From: a virus
Lineage: Duplodnaviria > Caudoviricetes
IMG/VR virus record: IMGVR_UViG_3300012916_000002
Location: 908-64,907 of that record
DNA length: 64,000 nucleotides
Reading direction: 5' to 3' (one strand)
The notes under the pieces were generated by a model. The model saw only the letters and a program-made list of their open reading frames with translations. It ran no database searches and was not told the origin of the DNA. The position numbers were made by a program, and so were the translations under genes. Shown one piece after another: positions 57,255-64,000 of this stretch. How positions within the stretch are numbered: position 1 is the first letter of the stretch; the number at the start of each line of letters is the position of its first letter.

Positions 57255-58696
57255 TCAGACCGCCTCGACGAACCCGGCAGCGGTCCGACCCAGCCTCGAG
57301 AAGACCTGATCCCGCAGCGCCCCGGCGATGGCTCGCATCATGAGCGGAGGGACGGCGTTGCCGAGCCGGGCCCACTGCTCCGAGAAGGTTCCGCGCAGCT
57401 CGTAGTCTGCCGGGAAGCCGCAGATGATCCGGAGCTCGTCCATGCTGAACTTCCGCGGCTTGCTCGGATGCGTCGCGGTGTGGCCTTGATTGGCCGCGAT
57501 GCATGGCGCCGGCTCATCAGGGCTCGAGCGTATCAGGATCGCGAAGATGGCGGAGAGCGCCTCCCGCCGCCTCGCATACTCGGAACCTGCCGATGACGCC
57601 CGACAATGCATCACGTGGGCCGTGGAGTGGCTGCGTCCCATCACGTAGGTGTGGTGCATCGCGACCTCAAGCCGAGCAACATCATGCTTGCGCCGAATTT
57701 TGCCTTCGAATGCCAAAGTCGGTCACCTTGCTCCTTCAAGCTGCATGCCGGGAGCGCCGGCGTGGCGACGCGCTCGATGACCTTGAAGTGAACCGCGTTC
57801 AGCGCGTTGACGCCCGACATGATCGTCGGGCACGGTCGATCGGTTACATCGCCCTGACTCCATTGACCGCTCGTGTCGTGCATCACGCGATCGATGACCT
57901 TGAAGTCAGTCGGCGCAGCCGCAGTGATCGTGGATGCTGGCTCGTCCAGACTGCTGAGGTTCACTCCGCCGTGAAAGCCGGGCCCTCGATTACCGAAGCT
58001 CGCGAGCCCCGGCAGCACCTCGCGCAGTGAGTAGCGGTAGCCGAGCGGCTTCGGAAACTCCGGCTCGAGCCCGAGATCCTTCCGGACGCCCACGAAGATC
58101 GAGCGTGAGCGGCTCTGCGGGACGCCGAGCCATTGCGCGTCGAGGACCTTGCAGCGGACACGATAGCCGGCGGCTTCCATCTGCCGCATGATGAGCTTGA
58201 AGTAGCCGATGGCCGCGCCGCGCGTGAGCCCCGCGACGTTCTCCGCGACGAAAACGCGCGGCTGCAGGCCCTCGACCAGGCGCACGTATTCGAAGAAGAG
58301 ATCCTCGTTGCACTGCTTGACGCCGTTGCCGTAGTCGCGCTGCGTGCCCCAGCCCTTCGCGCCCTGCCCTGCCGAGCTGAAGGCCTGGCACGGAGGCGAG
58401 CCGTTGAAGACGTCGAGCTCGCCCCGCTCCAGGCTGATGGCGTCGAGGATGTCTCGTGCGTCGACCTTCCGGATGTCTCGCCCATCGAGCAGCGTCTCGG
58501 GGTGGTTGGCCGCGTAGCTCTCGCGCGCGATGGGCAGGAACTCGTTCGCCCAGAGCACGCGGCAGCCCGCCATCTCGAAGCCGAGGCAGCTGCCGCCGCA
58601 GCCCGAGAAGGTCGAGGCGACCGTGAGCCCGGCGGTGCCGCGAGCTCGGGCCACCTCGGCCATGCTCGGGATTCGGAAAGGCGGTTTGGTCGTCAT
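57255..58696 (-). pseudogene. dcm: C5-cytosine DNA methyltransferase, interrupted near 57545-57730
   Basis: Motifs I 'FSGCGG', IV 'GSPPCQAFS', VI 'ENV', VIII 'VPQSRSR' in frame 58696-57641; motifs IX-X 'RKFSMDELRIICGFP..RLGNAVPP' in another frame ending at 57255. Confidence 0.85.
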
Positions 58697-58699
58697 GTC

Positions 58700-59083
58700 T
58701 TGTCGTCTCTCGGTCACGAGCGCGTCGGTGAACCCCGGTGCCGTGCGCCCGAGCTGTGTGAAGAGTCCGTCGCGGAGGTTGGCCGCGATCGCGTGCATCA
58801 TGGGGGGGCACCGCGTTGCCGAGCCGGGCGTAGCGCTCGGCGTAGGTGCCCTCGAGGATGAAGTCTGCCGGGAAGCCGCAGATGATGCGCAGCTCGTCGA
58901 GGCCGAAGCGACGCGGCTCATGCGGTAGAGTGACGCCAGCGCCATTAGCGCCTTGGACGGTGATGCACGGGCAAGGCAAGTCCGGGTCCGCGCGAATCAG
59001 GCTGAAGTACTTGAGCGATGCGCCGCCCGGGCGCAGTGTCTCCCATTCCTTCAGCAGGCAAGGCGCGAGACCCGTCCGGTCGA
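58700..59083 (-). pseudogene. second copy of the C5-MTase C-terminal segment (TRD end + motifs IX-X), upstream of the main MTase
   Basis: 'LKEWETLRPG..SLKYFSLIR..RRFGLDELRIICGFPAD..RLGNAVPP' then a frameshift at the G7 run 58802-58808 into 'MMHAIAANLRD..', which runs without a stop into MTTKPP. Confidence 0.8.
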
Positions 59084-59764
59084 CTACGCGGGCTCGGTTG
59101 CCTTCAGCGCCTTCGCTGCTTTGCCCTTCGAGCTGGGCGCCCCGCTCCATTCGTACGCGCATTTCGGACAAGTATAGTCCGTCTTCGCGTCGATGCTCAC
59201 CTCTGAAAAGTCGGAGGGCGGCAGCACGTTATTCGGTTCCATGAGCGCATCGAAGGTCGCCTCGTCGAAGCCGAGCCGGAAGGCGAGCCCATCATCGAGG
59301 CCGATGTCCTTGATCAAGTCGCGGAGCGCGACGTCATCGAAGCGCCCGCGCTTCTGGTCGAACTCGATGGTCATCTCTTTCGCGCGCCGCTCCGGCAGGT
59401 TGTCGAGGAAAACCATCGGCGCCTTCGTAAAGCCCAGCTCGATGCCGATGCGCCAGCGATGCTCGCCGTCGATGATGAGGTTGCGCTCGCGACCCTTGTC
59501 GTCGGTGCGCCAGATGAGCAGCGCGTAGGCTGCGAGCCAGCCTTCGTTCTTCATGCCCTCGCGCGTGCTCTTGACCTGGTGCTCTGTCATGCGGTTCGGA
59601 TTCCAGGGATTCGGACGCACGCGCTCGAGCGCGATGATCTCGACCTTCCCCCGGATCTTCGGCGGCTCTCCGGAGGCGGCGAGGCCGCCGATGGGAATGA
59701 CTGGCGCCGGCTCGGATGCGGCTCGGCGCGGGCGTTTCGTTGCGGCAGACGTCTTTTCAACCAT
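59084..59764 (-). CDS. ParB/Srx N-terminal-domain protein with C-terminal zinc ribbon
   Basis: 'VRPNPWNPN', 'IIDGEHRW', 'CPKCAYEW'; typical partner of phage methylases. Confidence 0.85.
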   Translation of the reverse strand: MVEKTSAATKRPRRAASEPAPVIPIGGLAASGEPPKIRGKVEIIALERVRPNPWNPNRMTEHQVKSTREGMKNEGWLAAYALLIWRTDDKGRERNLIIDGEHRWRIGIELGFTKAPMVFLDNLPERRAKEMTIEFDQKRGRFDDVALRDLIKDIGLDDGLAFRLGFDEATFDALMEPNNVLPPSDFSEVSIDAKTDYTCPKCAYEWSGAPSSKGKAAKALKATEPA

Positions 59765-59862
59765 GCTGCAGTGTGCCGGATATTGCCGCGTCATTTCAAG
59801 ACGCCTGCGTTTATCTGTCTAGCGTCGTAGACAGATGAGCCGCGCCGCGCTATGCTTAAAGG

Positions 59863-60078
59863 GTGACGAGCCGCGAAGTTATCCAAATCATGAAGCGGCT
59901 CGGCTGCGTCGAGACTCGCCAGAAGGGCTCGCACAAGTACTTCGTCGCGCCGTGCGGAAAGTGTCGCACCCCGGTCCCGGACCATAGCGGCGACATCGCG
60001 CCGGGTACGCTCGCCAACATCGAAAGGTTGATGACCCCATGCTTCGGAAAAAAGTGGCTCACCGCTCGTTCAAAGTAG
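59863..60078 (+). CDS. hicA: HicA-family mRNase toxin
   Basis: 'RQKGSHKYF', 'VPDH.GDIAPGTL..I'; TAGACA-17-TATGCT promoter 6 nt upstream. Confidence 0.92.
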   Translation: MTSREVIQIMKRLGCVETRQKGSHKYFVAPCGKCRTPVPDHSGDIAPGTLANIERLMTPCFGKKWLTARSK

Positions 60079-60452
60079 TCTTTCAATTCGAGGCGGAGGA
60101 CGGCAAGGCCGCCTGGATCGTCGAGATCCCCGAGGTGCCGAGTTGTCACACCTTCGGTCGCAGCCTCGCCGAGGCGCGCCGGAACATCCGCGAGGCGCTT
60201 GCGGTCTGCCTCGACGACGAGGAGCGCGACGCCATCGCGGAGGCGGCCATCTTCGAGGAGGACATCCGGATGCCGGTCGCCGTGCGGAGCGCGCTACGGA
60301 GCTTCACGAAGGCTCAGGCCGAGGCGGAGAAGAGCCGCGCCAAGTCAGCCGAAGCGGCGCGCGCCATCGCGGAGCAACTCAGCCTGCGCGACGCGGGCGA
60401 GTTGATGGGCCTTTCCGCCGAGACCGTCCGGAAGTTGCTCAAAACGGGCTGA
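60054..60452 (+). CDS. hicB: HicB-family antitoxin with C-terminal HTH
   Basis: 'W.VEIPEVPSCHTFGRSL.EA..NI.EAL'; C-terminal 'LSLRDAGELMGLS.E.V.KL'. Confidence 0.9.
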   Translation: MAHRSFKVVFQFEAEDGKAAWIVEIPEVPSCHTFGRSLAEARRNIREALAVCLDDEERDAIAEAAIFEEDIRMPVAVRSALRSFTKAQAEAEKSRAKSAEAARAIAEQLSLRDAGELMGLSAETVRKLLKTG

Positions 60453-60460
60453 CCCGTAAC

Positions 60461-60500
60461 GGCGATCAAAATCACCCGAGTGTGCCGGCTTCGACGGCAA
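60461..60500 (+). repeat. 40-bp direct repeat, copy 1 (candidate early promoter)
   Basis: 37/40 identical to 62262-62301; TATGAT starts 15 nt after its end. Confidence 0.8.
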
Positions 60501-60567
60501 AACCGATCCATGTTTATGATGTCCGTCGCGGTTCGCCAAATCCCCGCGACGGGCTGGAGAAAGCCCC

Positions 60568-61277
60568 GTGCATCTATACATCACCCTCGATCAGGAAATC
60601 CTCACCGTCGACAACCGCGAAGAGCGCGTCGAAGCTCGACGCCTCATGCGCGAAGCCGGCGTCGCCGAGTTGATGATCTGGCAGGGCGGCCCCGACGAGC
60701 CTTGCGAGGCGACCGGTCAGCTGCTGACCAGCAACCCATCGCACTCGCCGCAAGACTACACCGACGAAACGTCCTCGCTCGTCGAGACGCCGAAGTCGCT
60801 CGATGACTTCGACTACCCGAATCGCGGCAGCTACACGCTCGCGTCCTGGCTCCGCGTGCTGCTCGATTCCGGTAGCGATGACGCCGAGCGCGAGGAAGTC
60901 CTCGAGATGCTCGCCGGCATCAGCCGCGCCGAGGCGCAGACCTTCGATGATGCCGGCCTGCTCACGCAGGATGATGGCGTGGTTCTCACTTTCGCCGATG
61001 GCGCCGCCTACCAGATCACCATCAAGAGGGCGCGATGAGCGCGCTCCGCATGCCACCGAAGCCGATGCAGCGTACGATGCTCTCCATCGCAGAGTGCGCT
61101 CTCGATGATGGCGGGCGCTCCGCGCACTTCGGCAACCCGAAGGAGAAGACCGCCGTCCGCATGCTCGCGCGCGCCGGCCACCTCGAGATTACTTCGGATA
61201 CTCGCGAGGAAATCTACGCGAGACTCACGCCCGCCGGGCAAGCACTCCTCGCCGCGCTGCGCGAGGTGGCCCAGTGA
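60568..61277 (+). other. two hypothetical ORFs (60568-61038, 61035-61277)
   Basis: Coupled; the second resembles a winged-helix fragment. Confidence 0.6.
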
Positions 61278-62233
61278 CCGTCACCGCGTCGAAGAAGATC
61301 CGCGCGCTCCTGAAGGCTGCCGGCTACGGCAAGGCCGACGTGAGCGTGTACAACAAGGGTTACTCGATGGGCTCGACCGTCTACGTCACGATCAAGCGCG
61401 CCGAGATCCCGCTCGGTGCCGTCGAGAAGATCGCCGCGGAGGGCGAGGAGATCCGGCGCGACGCGAGCGGTGACATCCTCGGCGGCGGCAACTGCTTCGT
61501 CGATACGCGCTACGCGCACGAATTGCTCGACGACTACGCCGCGCAAATCAACGCGCAGATCGACGCCGGGCGCTGGCGCTTCGGGATCTTCTCGATCACG
61601 AACGACGACCGCTTCACGCTCAGCGCCTGGCGCGACGACGGTGACGGCTCGGGGAGCCACGTCCTCAAGATGGATCGCGCCTCGCCCGGCGACGGGCTCG
61701 CCCGGTTGCTCGCCCGCGAGGGCATGCTCGGCGTCATCGCGCAGACCGAGGCGCGCCCGGCTGGGTGCGTTTGCTCGGATGCCGACGGCTACGAATGCCT
61801 CGTGTGCGAGCGTAAGCGCGAAGGGCTCGACGCGCCGGAGCCGGAGCCGCTCGCGGTCGGGTGCTCGCGGTGCGAGACGCCCGGGCCCGGTGACGGCTCG
61901 GCGGAGTCCGCTCTCGCCGCCGGTTGGAAGGACCACGGTCACGAGGGCTATCCCGCGTGGAGTTGCCCGGCGTGCGACGCGCCACTCGCGCCGGTCGTGA
62001 GCATCAACACGCCGCTCGCGCGGGCGAACGAGGTCGCCGCGGAGATGGCCGCACCGATCGAGCGGGCGCTCTACTCGCTCGACGAGGGCGCTACCGGCGA
62101 GCGCCTCGCGGCCCGCGTAGTGCGCGCCGCGGAGCGCTGGCAGGCGGCCTTCCCGTGCCCGGAGAAGGACGAGCCGCGCCTCCGTGCGCTATGGCTCGCC
62201 GTCGAGCGGCTCATCGAGCACGACTCGGACTGA
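61274..62233 (+). CDS. multidomain hypothetical protein (possible polyvalent-protein-associated N-domain)
   Basis: 'IRALLK.AG..VSV..YSMGS.V.V.IK..IRRD.SGDIL.GGN.FV'; CxC/CxxC zinc sites in the C-half. Confidence 0.6.
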   Translation: MTVTASKKIRALLKAAGYGKADVSVYNKGYSMGSTVYVTIKRAEIPLGAVEKIAAEGEEIRRDASGDILGGGNCFVDTRYAHELLDDYAAQINAQIDAGRWRFGIFSITNDDRFTLSAWRDDGDGSGSHVLKMDRASPGDGLARLLAREGMLGVIAQTEARPAGCVCSDADGYECLVCERKREGLDAPEPEPLAVGCSRCETPGPGDGSAESALAAGWKDHGHEGYPAWSCPACDAPLAPVVSINTPLARANEVAAEMAAPIERALYSLDEGATGERLAARVVRAAERWQAAFPCPEKDEPRLRALWLAVERLIEHDSD

Positions 62234-62261
62234 TACGCGCCTCGCCGGCACGCTCCGAAGC

Positions 62262-62301
62262 GGCGATCAAAATCGCTCGGGTGTGCCGGCTTCGACGGCA
62301 A
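62262..62301 (+). repeat. 40-bp direct repeat, copy 2
   Basis: GGCGATCAAAATCGCTCGGGTGTGCCGGCTTCGACGGCAA; TATCTT starts 15 nt after its end. Confidence 0.8.
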
Positions 62302-62365
62302 TCCACGCTAGTATTTATCTTGCAGCGCCGCTCGCCAAACCGCGGGGCTGCAGGAGAAAGCCATC

Positions 62366-63778
62366 ATGACCAAGATCATCAAGCTGACTGCCCGCGCTGA
62401 GCACCTCCTCCGCGAGATCGCGGCCGGGCGTAACCGGCTCTGGGCGATGGACGACGCGCCTCCCGGTTGGCTCCAGCTCGAGCGCGCCGGTCTCGCCACG
62501 CGAGTTGCCTGCACGGGCGGCCACGCGGGCAACGACCGCGCAATGCTCACCGCTAGCGGCACCGCTCTCGCGCAGGCGCTCTGAGCCCGCCCTGGCGGCG
62601 CCTCACCCGGAAACGGGTCGGGCGCCGTAGGGTGCGCCAAAGCGCCGCCTACCCCCCACGGCCGCCCGCCAAACCGCGGCCACCGAGAAAGCCAATGTCA
62701 AAAGTCATCGAGTCCGGATACCGTCCGTGCGCCTGCCGCGATTGCATGGAGACCGCCATCGGCGAGCCGGGCGCCTTCTGCCACGAGTGCGAGGACGCAG
62801 GTTGCCCGGGCGACCGTGAGTGCCTCGCGAGCGAGGCCTACGGCGGCGAGGCCGAGGACCCTGAGGACCTCACGCCGGAGCCGCTCACGGGCGCGCTCAT
62901 CCGGGCGCGCTGCGCGCATGCCGGCTTCTGCCTCCTGAGCGACGGCAAGGCGGAGCCCGCGGCGATCATCGAGCGCATGCTCATCACGCTCGGCGCGCTC
63001 GATCCGGAGGCGCTCGACGCCTTCATCAGCCCGGACGCGGCACTGCTCGCGGTTCCGAACGAGGCCGCCGCCGATCACGCGCACCCGTACTGGGATAGCG
63101 CCGAGGCCCATGCCATCATCACCGCCCTCATCGCGGCGCTCAATCGAGCGGCGCCCGCGGGCTTCTTCTTCGCGAGCGAGGCCGGCGACCGGCTCGGGTT
63201 CTTCCGATGCTGATGCCGCTCGGCGAGGCCGTCGAGCTAGTGCTCACGTGCGCCGAGTGCGGCGCGCTCTCGACGGATGACGTCCGCGGCACGGATGGCT
63301 GGTCGCTCCGGCGCCGGGGGGCCTTCGGGCTACGCGACGTCTGCCCGGGCTGCGGCCCGCGGAAGTTGCCCCAGCCGCCGGCGGGTCAGCTATGAAAGCA
63401 AACGGGCGCCTCGCGTGAAGGGCTTTCCGCGAGATGCCCCCGACGGGCGGGACCTTTGGCGAGGTCCGCGCCCGTCACTTATTATCGCCATCGGCGCCGC
63501 CTCCGGCGCTCGCGACAGGTCGTCTCACGCTAGCTGAGACGGCGCTCTACTATGAAGGACCGAGACCAATGAAATCAAAATGCGATCGCTGCGGCGAAGT
63601 CGTCGAGGACATCGACGCCGGGTTCTCTCCCGGGCGTCACGAGATGCGGCATGGCCACTGCGGCGGCACCTGGCGGCCGTTCGACGATGTCGATGAGCCG
63701 CCCGATAGCGAGCGCACCATGCGCGCCGACCACGACAATGACGAGGCGAAAGACCGTCGACTCCGAGGTGACGGGTGA
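62366..63778 (+). other. small hypothetical ORFs (62366-62584, 62695-63213, 63207-63395, 63569-63778), several with zinc-binding CxxC
   Basis: SD AGGAG before 62366; Cys clusters. Confidence 0.55.
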
Positions 63779-64000
63779 GCGGCTTCGCGCTCGGCACCCT
63801 CACCGTCACGCCAGCCGCGCACGCGGCGCTCCCACGCGAGGCGCTGCAAGGGTTCTTTCGCCGGCATATGAACGGTGACTTCGGCGAGCTCGACTCCCAT
63901 GACGTGACCGTTAATCTCACGGCAATGGTCACGGGCGGACAGATCCTTAGCGCCTATTCACACGGCGACGTAAAGGTCTTCGTCATCACCGATCCCGACC
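63775..64000 (+). CDS. conserved mobile-element hypothetical protein (truncated by window edge)
   Basis: 'FALG.L.VTP.A', 'RH.NGDFGEL..D..N', 'ILSAY', 'VIT' pattern common in plasmids and phages. Confidence 0.7.
   Translation, partial: MSGFALGTLTVTPAAHAALPREALQGFFRRHMNGDFGELDSHDVTVNLTAMVTGGQILSAYSHGDVKVFVITDPD

Noticed and set aside
57606-57791. Functional phage Ser/Thr kinase gene
   Set aside because: Only 61 codons, preceded by an in-frame stop; no Gly-rich loop or VAIK lysine, and the DFG motif is on the opposite strand; reported as a fragment instead
59084-59764. ParB partner of the ParA at 8974-9741
   Set aside because: No HTH or dimerisation domain; it has a zinc ribbon and sits beside the MTase; ParA already has an adjacent RHH partner

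Overview
The window is most of a very GC-rich (about 70% by eye) temperate myovirus-type phage genome with a Mu-like virion module: portal, MuF, protease/scaffold, capsid, sheath, tube, tape measure, gp43-gp48-like baseplate, fibres/spike and an amidase endolysin. No integrase, Mu transposase or classical cI/cro pair is visible. Instead it carries a plasmid maintenance kit: a TrfA-family initiator with four 21-22-bp-spaced iterons, a type Ib ParA plus a ribbon-helix-helix partner, and HicAB. It also has a separate lambdoid lytic replication module (O/DnaT-like initiator plus DnaB), so the best reading is a phage-plasmid. Other content: a YqaJ exonuclease recombination module, three kinds of DNA methyltransferase plus a Mom-like GNAT protein, a FliA-like sigma factor, an initiator-type tRNA-Met with an A1:U72 pair, and many small hypothetical ORFs. 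The main oddities are: (i) a C5-methyltransferase locus resembling a circular-permutation-by-duplication intermediate, joined across a G7 run and interrupted by scrambled Ser/Thr kinase fragments; (ii) a GATC-containing motif (CCGATCCAT) at most divergent or operon-start regions; (iii) a branched RNA structure just upstream of the endolysin; (iv) many apparently leaderless genes. The host is unknown; Myxococcota is a guess only. All family calls are from motif recognition, not database searches.
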